Assembly (NCBI GenBank): GCA_013265495.1
Contig: MU057640.1
Coordinates: 629,303 to 693,302, forward strand
Reading direction: 5' to 3'
Source of the DNA: Vicugna vicugna
Lineage: Eukaryota
DNA length: 64,000 nt
Positions 12,904 through 25,960 of the stretch are shown here, one piece after another; positions within the stretch are counted from its first letter, which is position 1; each line of letters begins with the position of its first letter. The notes below the pieces were generated by a model that was not told the DNA's origin, searched no databases, and saw only the letters and a list, made by a program, of their open reading frames with translations. The position numbers were made by a program, and so were the translations under genes.

Positions 12904-15900
12904 TGAGAGGAGGTCACTTGAGGAGGGGGCCAGAAACCTGGTTTCCACTGAGGAAGGAGTCCCAGATCTAAATAATTACAGGGCAAGGGAAGGAAGAATT
13001 ATCATAACCCATTTTTTCCCTCAGGCCTGAGATCCTGGCAACATGGTTGTTTTTTTTTTGTTTGTTTGTTTTTTAATTTTTTTCTCTCTAAGGCCCAGCC
13101 TTTGTCAGTTCAGGACACCAAGCCAGCTCCTCCTTTTTTTGAGGCCCCCTGGCCTCTGGCTCCCTGTTGGTTGGGGGGCTTCAGAGGGCAAAGCGGGCAG
13201 GAGTGGTGCCCCTCACCCAGCTAGGGTGGGAGGTACAGAGGGACTCCCAGCTGATCCCTGTGGGTTTCCCCACCCCCACAGGAAAAGTGTCCTCTGACTT
13301 GGCGAGGTAAGCTGCTGAGTCTGGGTGGAAGGAGGGGGCCTGGTGGGGAAAGAGGTGGCAGCCAAAGACGAGCTAGATCAAGGCCTGCAGCCCTGGAGGC
13401 AGAGAATTTCCTGGCACCACTTCCAGAGGGGTCAGGCCTGGGAGGCGCCCCCCAACCTGATCCCCAAGCCCAGGATGCCAGCAGCTGGGACACCAAGAGA
13501 AGGGAGAATCTGGCCAGTCCTCCCCATGACGTGGCCAAGTGGATGGGGTTCTTCCTCCCTCCCTGTGCTGTGTGCTTCCCTTTTTGGAATCTTACTCCCA
13601 CCCCCAAAGGATGCTTCTGGTTTTCCGATTAGCCCGGGTTCATCTGGATACCAGGTGAGGAATGGGGAGGAGGGCGGGAAGCCACAGGTACTTTTCTTTG
13701 CCTCAGGCTCCTACTCTCCCTACGCAAGCCCATGGCCCTGCTGGTTCCCTTGGGTCTAATGGGTCTGCGGTCAGAGGTTGGCTCTGCACTCGTCAATGGG
13801 TTGAGTCTCCCCTGCCTGTTCCTGAATATTGCCAGGGCTCAGGGGTCTGGTTACAAGTTTCTGTTGGGGCCGCAGCCACCAGCCCTGGGTGGAGAAACAG
13901 CAGGAGAGATGGGGTGGTTCAGGGCCTTTGCAGTGACCAGAGAAGAGTCTTTGACCCGAGGAAGCTGGGTCCCTTTCAAAGAAGGCTGGACACTTTCTGG
14001 TTTGTGAGGGGATGGCTGAGGTGGCTGTTTTGAGAGGGAGGCCAGAGGGACAGGAAGATGTCCTCGGTGCTGCCCGGGTGCCCTGGCTGTGGGAGGAGGC
14101 GCGTCCTCTGAGCATCTCAGCAGCTGCTCCTGGAAAGGCTCGGCTGCATGGTGCTTTCTTCAGGCTGCGGCCCAGGCTGCTGGGAAGAGATGCCCACGGA
14201 AGTTCCTCCAGGAAAGCGTGACGAGGAGGGGCCTGGGCCTGCCCCTTCACCGATTCGGTTTCCCAGAAGGAACAGGCCTCCCTGTGTGAGGGGAGAGCTT
14301 TGGAGGTGGGTGGGTTCCCAGAGAAGGCACTCTCTGGGCTCTGAATGAGCCCTGGCTGTGTCCCCTTGGATGGCTGAGACCTGAGGTAACTCCCCAGGGT
14401 CCTGGGAGGCTGTGAGGGGCAGGACGGGGGGTCAGAAGGCACAGGAATGCCCCTGGTCACAGTCTCTGTTCCCAACCCCCTCCCTTTCTTTGCTCCACTG
14501 CTTTGAAAGAGGGTCATTGCAGGCTTTTCCCCTCTGTGGCCCCACCAAGAGAAGGCAGTGTTTGTGCTGATGGTGACGTTTCCCGGGCAGGCCAGAGGAA
14601 GGCAGGAACCGGGACTGGCGGGCAGCCAGAACCCTCTTCGGCAGAGATACAATTACTAATCATGACCTCTAGCCCAGGCAGCGAGCAAAGTGGCCATTCA
14701 GGACGGCGCTGACCCAGTCTGGCCAAAAAGGCTGCTTGGTGGGGAAGCGAGGGGGGAAGCGGTCCCTGTAGGAAACAGGGGGACAGTGAACCCCCAGGAC
14801 CTCTATTCTCCCTCAGCAACACAGCCCCTCAGGTCTCCAGGACAGCCACTCACTGCATCCCATTTGCTTGCCTCTCTGCATCTCTGTACTTTCTCTCAAT
14901 GTCATCAGTATGGGTGATGAGGACAGATAGACAGACACATACACACACACACCCTCCTTTAATGAACTAAAACAAACTTTATATGTTGCTCCAGGTTGAG
15001 AGGGAGAACCTGTCGGTAACCAGGAGCCGCCAGACAAGATGCTGTCTTGCCCCGAGGTCCTCCCAGGCTGGCTTCCCAAGCTCCCAGCCCCTGCACAGCC
15101 ACAGGGAGCTGGAAAGGAAGCCTCGTGCTTGGAAAGCCATTGGCTGCAAGGACCCTTTCGTTTCTCCCCTTCACTTGCCTCTGCTTCTTTGGGGGAAGAT
15201 GTTTGGCAATAATTGGGGCTCTGGGGGGAGAAAGGCTTGATTCTGCGTTCTGTTGGAGGGATGCAGAGGTTTTATGGGTAGAATTGGGGTTGTCGGTTTT
15301 GTTGACTTTGCCCTTTTGTGATCATTCCCCACCGAGCCCCTGGTTCTCCTCTTCCTTGTCCTGCCTCTGCCTTCCTGCACCTTCCCCTCCTTTCCCTCCT
15401 GCCGTGCTGGGGCCTGTGGGATGGGGGTGGTTGTGGAACAGCAGTACAAAAGGAAAAGAAAAGATACCTCCTGCAGATTGTCACCCCCTAGTTGAAGAGG
15501 CCTAAATTTGGTTCTGGGGGAAAAAAAGGAAAGAAAAACTACTAGACAATATGTGAGTGAGAGCTTGAGAACAGAAAAATTATCTGAGAGCAGAGGAGGT
15601 GGGGACAGGTGGCCAGAAAGAGGTGAGGCTGGGAGGCTGAATCCTGGTTCACTGATGTATCTGGTCCACATGGCATTTGGGAAAGCAGAGAGTCACATGT
15701 CCGCAAGAAATGGTCAGATGCTCATGGAGCATTTGTGTCTCGGGCTGGGAAAGGGAGGGGTGTCTGTCCCAGCGGTCCACAACTCATCTGCTGTGTTTGC
15801 CCACTCAGGGCATCTTGCCTCCGGAGAAAAATGAACACATTTCTCAGCTGCCGTGAGGGATGGCTGGGCAGGCTGGTACCGGCTAAAACACCTGGTGGAG

Positions 15901-16605
15901 CACAGGCTACGTGCCAGGCAGTGTGCTAGATACCACAGGGGCAGGAGAAATAACCCCGACCCAACCTTCAAGTTGCTTTTCAGCCCTGTAATTACACTCT
16001 GTCAAGGCACCCTGATCATATGTCACGTGGCGTGTCATCAGGGAAGGCGTTTGTGTATCTAGTTCTCTCTGTTTAGGATGCATGCTCGTTGGTAGAAAAC
16101 GAGCCAGCTAAGGAATTCAGTTATTTCCAATCTCTGGGCCTTGGACAGAAGAGCACAGTTGACCTCGGCTTAGTTGGTTTTATGTGTCCCAAGCACTGGC
16201 TGCCCTCGGAAGATGAACATCCTTAACACGAAGGGGAGTGAGATGAAGGTACCTGGGTTGGCGTGTGTCACCCGTCAAAGAGACCCTGAGCCTGTGCCTC
16301 CGGTTGCTGACGCCTGGGGAGGCAGGCAGGCAGGTGTGATTGGCAGGGCCTCATCAGAGGTGGAAAATGACCCAGACAGTGGTCTCGTCCAGTCCCCACT
16401 AGAGGACGCAGAGATGGGGGTGGTGGGACAGATGCCTCATGCACGGGTTGGGTGGACAATCGTGGAGCCCCCAGCCAGGCTGTCTCAGCTGTGCAGGCAT
16501 TTCTGGCATATTGCGGCTGGGGTGGGGGAAGCCCAGTGTCAAAGGCATTTTCAGTAAACCTCCATGCCCTCCTTTGTCCAGGTGCTCGTCAGACCCTAGC
16601 TTCAT

Positions 16606-17271
16606 GCCCTGCTAGGCTCCTGTTTTTGTTTTTTTTTTTTTTTTCTGTACTGACAGTACCAGAATTTGGCCGTTTGTTCCAGCTCCCCTCTTTCTCTGCA
16701 CTTGTCACAGCCAGATTCCGGCTTCAAGCTATTCCCTGAAGAAGCCGCACTGAGCTCGCTTTCAGGCTGAGTGCCTGGGCTTGGGGGGAGGTACATGCCT
16801 GCCCCTGCTAGGTGTCAGCTCAGAGTTGGCCTAATGCTGCCGCCCTTGGCTTCTTTACGGGGGAGGCTCTGAGGAAGGCTNNNNNNNNNNNNNNNNNNNN
16901 NNNNNNNNNNNNNNNNNNNNNNNNNNNNNNNNNNNNNNNNNNNNNNNNNNNNNNNNNNNNNNNNNNNNNNNNNNNNNNNNNNNNNNNNNNNNNNNNNGCC
17001 CTGCTAGGCTCCTGTTTTTGTTTTTTTTTTTCTGTCTGTACTGACAGTACCAGAATTTGGCCGTTTGTTCCAGCTCCCCTCTTTCTCTGCACTTGTCACA
17101 GCCAGATTCCGGCTTCAAGCTATTCCCTGAAGAAGCCGCACTGAGCTCGCTTTCAGGCTGAGCGCCTGGGCTTGGGGGGAGGTACATGCCTGCCCCCGCT
17201 AGGTGTCAGCTCAGAGTTGGCCTAATGCTGCCGCCCTTGGCTTCTTTACGGGGGAGGCTCTGAGGAAGGCT
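16606..17271. other. Assembly gap (117 N, 16881-16997) with near-identical ~275-bp flanks
   Basis: 16606-16880 is repeated at 16998-17271 with two substitutions and a different T-tract. Confidence 0.95.
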
Positions 17272-19500
17272 CTTTCCTGGACAGCACAGATCTCCCAGCA
17301 GGAGGTTTTGGTGATCTTTGTGGAGAGTCAGGCTTTCGGGATGTGTGGCTGTGAGTCTGGTTTTAAAGTGCTGGAGAACCCGAAATGCGTTCTGGGGTTT
17401 GACCCACCCATCCACGTGAGAGCCTGTGGGCAAGGTTCCTCCGAATGACGCTGCTTCCCCAGTGACTGTGCTGGCAGGAGGGGGTGGGGGAAGGCCATCT
17501 GACTTGGATCCCATCCAGGCTAGACGGGCAGCGCTGCCCCCAGGCAGCCGGCCCTGGGCCCTGAATCCACAGGCCCCCCTCCCCGGCTCCATGAAGGGTG
17601 GGCTCTGCTGGCCCAGGGGCCGAGCTCTGAGACAGTCCCTCCTCTGCCTACACTCAAGTGCACACGCTCAGGCTGAGAGCGCCGTCAGCCCAGACCCCTC
17701 CCCAGCCCGGTGCTGACCCACTGGACCAGTTAGGGAATGGAGACTGTCCCGTCCACGTCCTACGGTCCATTGGCTCAAGAGCCAAGATGAGTCCTTAACC
17801 AGGTCTGTGGCCCCCTTTCTAAGTGTGTTTAGAATGAGGGCAGTTTTAAAGTCCAGTTTCGATAGCATTCCCCTTGGAGAGTCAAGAAATGGAACATCTC
17901 TGCCAGGAAACCAAAAGAAATTGATTTTCCCCCCCTAGCTGTCTAAAGCCCTGCTGTGTTTCTCCTCAGAGAGGGGCTGATGCTGGCGGCTTTGGTGGGG
18001 CTGCCTCACGCGGGAACCCCGCCGCTCCTCTGGGTGAGCTCTGGCCGCTGGGGCGGGAAGACTGAAGGGGCCCCTCTGGAGGCGAATGCCGGCCCCAGCA
18101 CCGCGGGAGGAAGCTCCAGGCCCGTGCAGGCTCGGTTTGGGTCAGTGTGAGGAGCCTGGGAAGAGCTTAGCTCAGCGCTCACACCGCCTGTCTCAGCTGG
18201 TGAAGAGACCCTGGGTGCCTCACAGCCTCAGGAATTTACTGTCCTTGGGCTGCGGTTGGAAAGGGGACGCCTGGAGATGTTACAGCGATCTCCAATTGCT
18301 GTGTCTCCATGAGTATCTCTAGACATGCAGAGAAGATGCAAACCGGGGGTCACCGCTTCCAGGTGTGGGCACAGAGAGGAGGCCATGTTCACAGTGCGTC
18401 CTGTCATTCCAAAGTACTTTCTTGTCTCTTGTACTCTCCCCACCTCAACTCCTTCTGAAACTCCGAGTCATAAAAGAATGGCCAAGAGAGTTGATCTCCA
18501 GCAAGAGCTATGCCTGCTAACGAGGGTCTTCCTTTTATGTGTCCTTGAACTCCCTCCCCACTGGACCTTGGGATCCAACACCACATCACCTCCTGCTGAC
18601 TGCACAGCTTAGGGCTGTCCAGCCCTGAGCTGCCTGCGTACTTCCGACAGTGTCCAGGACTGAGGCAGACCCAACTTTCGTGAGGGTAGAGAGAAGGACT
18701 CCAGATTTAGGAAGTTGTGTGTAATGGTCTGAGGAAGGCATCTCCACTGGCTTCTCTAAAAAGCCACCTCAGCAACAGACAGAAGCCCCTGACCCCCAGC
18801 CCACTGCCTCCTCCAGGCGTGATGTGGTTACAGTCTCAGTCCGTTGGTGTGTGTGCGCCACTCTGCCCTTCTGTCTTCCGGGGGTGCCCCTTTCTCCTGT
18901 GTGTCAAGTTCCAGCTCTTTTGTGGCTCCCGGTGTGAAATGTGCTGTGATGTTTCTGCCCCGTCTGAGGGATGTTTCGCGATCCCTCAGTGTTTCAGTAT
19001 TGGGGATGAGGCCAGGCCGCGTCTCCCACCATCCTAAGAGGATGCGCAGGTTCTGTGGCTTCCCAGAGAGCTGTGTGCTGTAAGTCTCCAGGAGGACCTT
19101 CAGTTGGAAACAGCCCACATCCAGATTTGGATCCGCTGATGAGGACTTGTCCAGAAGTGGAGTCCACTGCTTCATTCAGAGGGCTGGCTGGAAGGGCGGC
19201 CCGTGTTCCAGGACCCTTCCCTCTCCCCCTGCCTTTCTCCTGTCCTGGCCAGGTTCTGGAAGGGGCGCCCTGGAGAGGTCAAGACCTGTAACCACCTCGA
19301 GGTGGGCATCAAGCAGTCTTTATCTTGGGGACCCCTGGACATCTCAGCCCCTCCATGGAGCCCTTGCACATCTGCAAAGACTGAGTCACAGGCCCCATCC
19401 CTTCTTTGCTGTGGTTAGTATCTCGTTCTGTGGTTGGTTAGCAGTGTGGACGACCTACATAGCAAATCTTTTTGTCTGCAATTTAGAGAATGTGTAAACA

Positions 19501-19506
19501 AATAAA
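19501..19506 (+). terminator. DPF3: Candidate DPF3 polyadenylation signal AATAAA
   Basis: AATAAA preceded by TGTA (tgtgtaaaca) and followed by a T/GT-rich tract (cttttggttattcttc). Confidence 0.65.
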
Positions 19507-22500
19507 AGGCTTTAAAACTCTTGGGAACTTTTGGTTATTCTTCCTCCACCCCTCCACTGCACCTCCATCTTTACAAATCAATTGCAAATGTATAGAAATG
19601 AGAGTTGAGCCCTTTCATGTCGGGGTGTCCAGTGGGACCACATGCATGAGCACATGTGCACGTGTGCAGGTGTGCATGCACTCGGGTGCCCGTGTCAGGC
19701 TCCAAAGGGAGGCCGGAGCTTACATGTTTGCAAGGAGACCCCAAAAGCAACACACTCCAGGTCCCAGTTGCTCCTGGGGATGGAATTCTGACCTTGCCAT
19801 CCATGCAGGTTTCATGGGCACAGCAGGCAGCAGCACCACGAACTTCATCTGAGAAGATGGCAGGGCACTGCGAGGAGAACCCCTGCAGCTTCCAGCGGAG
19901 GGGAGGCCGATGATTCAGAGATGACTCACAGCTGAGGTGGGGGACGCAGTGGGTGAAAGAGAGACCTCAGGCTCAGGACCCATCTAGAAGCCAGCTGAGT
20001 CATTGCTCCTCCTGTCTCAGGTCAGAAACCACCTTCCATAAAAGGCAGGGAGCAGGAGGCTTCACGGAAGACACTTCTGCCCTGAGAGTCCCCGAGCCTG
20101 CTTAGCAACCACCATAAAGGAACAGCATCTGGGTGTGGGACTCCCTGACTGCGCGGGGTCTGCAAGCCAGGAGTCAGTATTCCCAAAACATATTGAAGTA
20201 AATAAAGCTTCTACTATGTGCTAGGCACTGGGGATACAGCAGAGGACGCAAGCCTCCACCCCCATGGGGCTTATAAACCATGTAAGTAATAACACGACAG
20301 AGGATGGACACAGTCAAGGGGGACATTTGGGGAGCCAGAACATGAGCATGGATTTCTGGTTTCAGTCAATCCATGTGCTTTAGTCTGAATCTACTTGCGT
20401 GTTTTTGGTAAGACATGGACATGGCAGTGGGGAAAGACCAGGTCACTCTCGGTCCCTCTGCTGATTAAATATTCCACTGTCCTTCAATAAGTCATTGTGT
20501 GCCTTGGCTGTTCCTTTTGGAAGTAGAGTATGGGGCGGTTTTTTTCCAATAGAGGAGCGGTTGATTGTGGCTGCAGACGTGGGCCATAGAGCAGGTGGGT
20601 GAGCCACCTCTGCTGAGGGAGGGCTGTACCCACCCACAGGCCAGAGCAGAAAGGCCAGGCTTTTGTCCAGCGTGGGGTGGGAGCTGGGTTGGCAATGCTG
20701 AGCTGCCCATTCTAGCAGTGTTGGGACCTCAGCTCACGACAAAGTTCAGGTAGAAAAGATGGTGCAAACACCCACGCACAGACCTGTCATCTGCATGGAG
20801 GTGTGTGGGGGATGCTGAGATGCTTCTGCTTTGACCTCGGGGAACCAGCTCTGCACCCAGTCTCAATCTACCAGTTGCTGAGAGGGGGCTTCAGGGGAGG
20901 CAGTGGGTCTCGGCCCCGGGGAAGTGACCTAGTACAGACCTGATATTCGTGTTGTTCTAGGGAGTCACAGGGGTGCAGGAGGGAGGGGAAGGCTGAAGGG
21001 ACCCAAATTATGTTCAAGCAAATTCAGAGCAGAATGGATTTCCTTTGTTCTTTCCCTGGGGAGAGGAAAAAGCGTGGGGGTGGGATGGTGACTAAGAAGA
21101 AGGGACCAGTGGGGTAACACCCCAAAGAGAATGGGGGTTAGAGAGACTCTAAGGGGGTGGTGCTGTGACAGAGATACCGTGTGGTTTTCCCCTCCTTGGG
21201 GGAGCAGAAAGGACACTGGAAGGGGAGGCAGAAGATCTCAGTCTCGTGTTATCCTGCTGAGTGACCTTGGACTCTTGTGGACACAGGCACGAGTTTCTAT
21301 AAAGCCAGCCCCAGACTCAGGCAGGCCTGGGTAGGGAGCTGACAGAGCAGGTGGGTATGCACGCAAGCTCCGGGCCTGCCCTTCTCCTGGCCTTGGTCTG
21401 AGGCCCTGGATGTCCAACAACGCCTGATTCCAAGCAGCCTCTTGGGATGACATGATTTAACAGCAGACACCGTGAAGCCGGGACTTTAGGTTGGTCTGCA
21501 ATGCTGGTTTTCCAAGTGCAGAGGCTCAGGCTTCCGGTAGGGACCTTGGGAGTGTCCAGAGGCCTTGAGGGATGGAGTGGAAAGAAGGTTCCCAAGCCCC
21601 AAACTTGAACTCAAACCGCTGACCAGCGCAGGTCTGATTTCATCTGTTTCGTGTCCTGCTCTTCTGCTGCTTTAAACATGCACACACACCCCAGTTGGAA
21701 AGCATCTTTGGGGCTACGTGGTGGGGGAGGCACTAGGGGTGGCCCCTGCAGCTGTGGAGGGCAGAGTGATGACAGAGGTCACCGTGGGCCCAGGACCCTC
21801 TGCTGGTACAAATGGGCACAGCCTCTGTTCCCAGCGTCCTCCAAAGGGGGCCTGACGGGCACCAGGCTTCTCCTTTGGGTTTCTTCTCTTAAGCAGAGTG
21901 GAGGAACGTCCTTTCTGACCAGGGGGTTTCACTTCCTCCTCTGGTGGGGGACCCTGCAGCACAAACAAGCCTCCCTCCCGACCTGTGCGCCCCTGCCCCA
22001 GCCCACGCTGGCGCTGGGCTGTCACCTCCTCCTTCATAAGCCTCAGCCCATTCGTGCTTCAGCAGGGCCAGAACAACAGCGTGTTCCCAAGACGGGTGGG
22101 TTGAGAACATTCTGGCTAAACTTTAGGTAATTAGCATTGTTAATGCTCGTTCTGTGATATTACAGCTGTGAGCCTCATTAAAGTGTTCTCCAGGGGGAGG
22201 CAAGCGGAGATTCAGGTGGCAGCTCTGCTCCCCACACAAGCGCCCGCCTGCCATCTCCAAGCCTCTGCTCAGGAGCCGGGTCCATCCCATCCCTCCTCCC
22301 GCTCCTGCTCCCCGTCTGCAGGCATCTGGGCCGGGCCTGCTGCTCTCCGCTGGGACTCGCTCCTTCTGCCCCCTCTCCAGCACAGAAAGCACTGCCGTCT
22401 ACTCACTCTCCTTTCTGCCAAAAGAGAAGCGTGCCCCCAGGAGGGAGCGGAACGGCTGCTGCTGGTCCTTGCGGCCCTAACCCAGCTCTGCAAGAAAGGG

Positions 22501-23559
22501 GTCTCGCAGGAGCAGAGAACTTGAGCCAGCCCTCCCGCGTCCCAGGGCTTTTCATCCAGAGCTGTTCCTTCCTCTATCCCCACCCCCACAGAGAAAACCC
22601 AAGGCTCCGTGTCCCCCACCCACACCCCACCTCCTGGCTGGATTTCCCTGCTTGTTTGACTGGCATCTGTTGCAGCAGCCCCTCCTCGGAAAGAAACCCG
22701 AGTCCCTCCGCCTTTAGTTTCTGGGATTCCTGATTCCCGGGAGGGGAGGCAGGGGATGGACTATTTGCCAAACAGAGAAACGTGAAACGCTCTTCAAGCC
22801 CCTTGAAACCTTGAGGAAAATAATGCCATCCTCTCTAGGGACTAAACACAGGCTCAACCCCAACAGAGGGAAAACGCAATTCCAGAGAGCCTCTCTGGGG
22901 GCTCGGGGTGCTGAGGAGGGCCCGACAGGGGTCCAGACCCTCAGGCCTCTGCTCCCCTCACACCTCTGGGTGCTCTGTGTCTGTGGAGATGCTCAGAGGG
23001 GTCATCTAAGCCAATCTGATTAGTGCAACTTGAACATGTGCTGTGGGCTGCAGCCTTGGAGGTTCCGTAGGGCTCTGTGTCAACAACAGAACCTCCCAGG
23101 GGGAACAGCATGCCAACTGAGGGGAACAGCCTGTGCCCAAGTGGCTCTAATTCAGGTTGGATGATGGATGCATGGTCCTGAATGCATGCAGTGGGGGAGA
23201 ACAGATTCAGAAGGCAGAAGGGCTAGTGCAGGGAAGCAGAATCTGGAGGGCGAAATCAGTGATCTGGCATTTGGGAGTGGGCCTTCCAAGTGGAGAGGAC
23301 AATGGGAACTGAGACCCCACCCCTCCCCTCCCCGCTTTATTCTAGGGACGCTGGGCTGGCCTGGGACCTGTGTCTTAGGCACTGGGACCCAGGCACAGAT
23401 CTAGAGCAAATTCTTTCTTGGAGCCCTGGTTGCCATCATGACGGCACAGAGGGCCTTCTTCCGAAGCTGAGAGCTGGTATCAGAGGCTCTCGGAGTCCTC
23501 ACCCTCTGAGATGAGGCTGAGGTCTTCCAGCAGCTCTCCTGCCATTGTGTTTGAGGTCT

Positions 23560-24120
23560 GGGCTTAGATCCTTGTCACCCTCATTCCCTCTTCTGACCCT
23601 CTGTGCATCCTTCGGAGGGCAGCACCTTAAGTTCTTGGCTCTTTAAACCTTAGTCTGCATCCTTTCCAGGTGGTTTCCTCATTCCACATGACCACTCAGA
23701 GCGTCTCCGATGTTCCATTCTGTCTCTGGTCAATCAGTGTGTCTGAACTGCGTTCTGTCTAGAATGCTCTGTCCTCCACACTCCCACCCTCTTGCCCTCA
23801 CACTCTCTCCACCAACAAACACTTTGAACACTCAACTCAGCCCCCTGCTCCTCATACAGCCTTTCCTGACTTGCCCAGGGAGCAGCCACTCCTTCCACAG
23901 AGCCCCCACCCTGTTTGGTACACACCTCTCTTACAGCACCCGGCACTCCCTCACCCATTTGTCAGCTTTCTCACTGGTCTCCCCCATCACACTGAGCTCT
24001 TCGAGGGCACAGATTGTGTCTTAGGCACTGTTGCATCCCAGGTACCCTGGTACATATTCAATGAGTGAATGAATAGACGGATGGATACTTGAGTGAGTGA
24101 GCAGATGAATGAATGAGCAA
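23560..24120 (+). mobile_element. L2 3' portion
   Basis: cagcccctgc...cctttcctgac; ends in the (tgaa)n-like L2 tail at 24060-24120. Confidence 0.6.
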
Positions 24121-24689
24121 ATCAGAAGCAATAAAGTAGGGTGCCTCCCAGACACAGGTCTTTTCCTTCCGGGGAAAGGCCCTGGCAAAACCAGCAGCAG
24201 ATCTGCCGGGGCCCTGGCCCCTGCTGGGTAAGGTGGCTCTGTCTGGTAGGAAAGGCTGGGCCTTTACCCATCTCTCTCTGCTGGGTCACTACAGCCCATT
24301 TCAAGCCTGAATCCTTCAAGTCCCACTGCATTATTAACAGGATCTGTATTAAGTGGGCCATGCTGTGTTCCTCTTAAAGGAAATCCACTCTGCACTTAAA
24401 GAAATAATAAATTATGAAAATGATCTCTATGCTTCTCTGGGGTAAAAAGACCAGCTTTCTCCTTAAGGAGCTCATAAAGGATCTTGAAAAAAACATTATT
24501 AGATTAGTCCCTAAATGGACAACCATAAGTTAAAGCTATTGATAAAGAGCCCTAAGAGTACAGGGCTTAAAACTGGGGGTTTATAGCTACGCTTTGATTT
24601 TAAAGGACTAGGTAAGGATCAAGGCCCGTCTTCCTACAACCAGATCTAACTTCAGAGAGAAGGTAGATACGGCTTCTGGGGTGATCTTT

Positions 24690-24757
24690 TTTCTTCCCCC
24701 ATTCTTTTTTTAATTGAATTATAGTCTGTTTCAAACTCCCAATTTATTCCTTCCCAC
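24690..24757 (-). mobile_element. Tiny internally deleted L1 3' end with TSD
   Basis: TSD ctggggtgatcttt (24676-24689) / ctgaggtgatcttt (24758-24771); interior joins two non-adjacent pieces of the L1 end seen at 2300-2592. Confidence 0.65.
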
Positions 24758-25084
24758 CTGAGGTGATCTTTCAGATGTGCTTTTGTTATGTCATAAAATC
24801 ATTAGCTATCTTCTAGTTATGACATTTGAAAATATACACTGTACTCCTGTATGCTTTTAATTATGTCTTGAGGCCAAAATTATTATCCCTGTGAATATAG
24901 TTCCAATTATGTAATGGAAATCAGGAAGAAAATAACATTTCAAGTACAAAAGTCATTGGCTTCTATCACTTGGAGACCCATCTGTTGACTGGAGGGAGGC
25001 ATGAGAAGAGCTCACGGCTGCCTCAGTGTACCCTGTGAAACTTGAACCTGCTGGTGGAGGCGGCGGGAGCAAGGCTGGCACTAC

Positions 25085-25210
25085 CACCCCCAGTGACTGT
25101 TGGCAGGCATGTTACCTTACCTCCAGGAGCCTCAGTTGCCTCATTTGTAAAATGGGGATAACAACACCTAGTTTGTAGAGTTGCTGTGAAGATTGGAGAC
25201 AATCACAGGT
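25085..25210 (+). mobile_element. MIR fragment
   Basis: gagcctcagttgcctcatttgtaaaatggggataacaacacc...gttgctgtgaagatt. Confidence 0.8.
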
Positions 25211-25519
25211 GTGTAGTTCTTCTCTTTCCTCCTACCACCCTCTCCCCCATCATTTGTGACAGACATGGCAATAGCTTCCATCTAGGAGAAAAGGCGAATA
25301 AGATCCTGTCCCTTAAGAAACTTCGGCGGCACAATAGGGCCAAGGATAGCACGTGGCTGGGGGGTCTGAGAGATGTGGCTTTGCCTCTGTCTCTTCATGG
25401 AGATACTTACATCTACCTTTTATCCTGCATTTGTAAGAAGATGAAATGAGACAACTCAGGTAAAGCTCTTGGCCCTGTACCCGGCACATGATAGGTTGCC
25501 CACTAAATAGTTGTACAGT

Positions 25520-25960
25520 CCCATAGGGTCAAGTTCATTCACAGATATGAGGTGAATGTGGCAAAGGCCACAGAGTTGTCAGATAATGTACTATGAGAGT
25601 TCAGAAGGAGAGGACTATCAATTGGTGAGAAAGCCAGGAAGGCTTCAGAGAGGAGGCGGCATTTTAGCTAATTTGGACATTAGGTGATGGGAGGAGGAAG
25701 GAGAGAAAGATTATTCCAGGCACGTGTGTGGAGACAAGAAAATGTGACTGGCAGTCCAGGCTGGCCAGCATGGATTGGAGTTTTAGGAGCTGAGGCAAGA
25801 ATGCCTGGGGCTGGCGCCTGACCTAGAAAGCTTTCAGTGAGGGAATGAAGTTGGGAGCTTCCTCGGAGAGCTGCTGAAGGTCCTCGAGCAGGGGGGTGTT
25901 GTGAACTGCGCTGAGAAGGCTGGATTTGAGGAGGGGGTGCGGGGCCCCTGGATCTGGGAC
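25520..25960 (-). mobile_element. L2 fragment
   Basis: caggaaggcttcagagaggaggcggcatttt...attccaggca, antisense L2 motifs. Confidence 0.5.

Larger units (their letters stand above)
8693..19525 (+). other. DPF3: Putative long DPF3b 3' UTR (~10.8 kb including gap and duplicated flank)
   Basis: No AATAAA noticed by eye between the stop and 19501; region is poor in transposons compared with its flanks; consistent with my recollection of a ~10 kb terminal exon in human DPF3. Confidence 0.6.

Noticed and set aside
13771..14652. Longest supplied ORF (293 aa, minus strand)
   Set aside because: Pro/Ser/Gly-rich text with no recognisable domain, antisense to the GC-rich DPF3 UTR; expected by chance.
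16606..17271. Real tandem duplication
   Set aside because: Copies abut the N gap exactly, which is typical of an assembly artefact.
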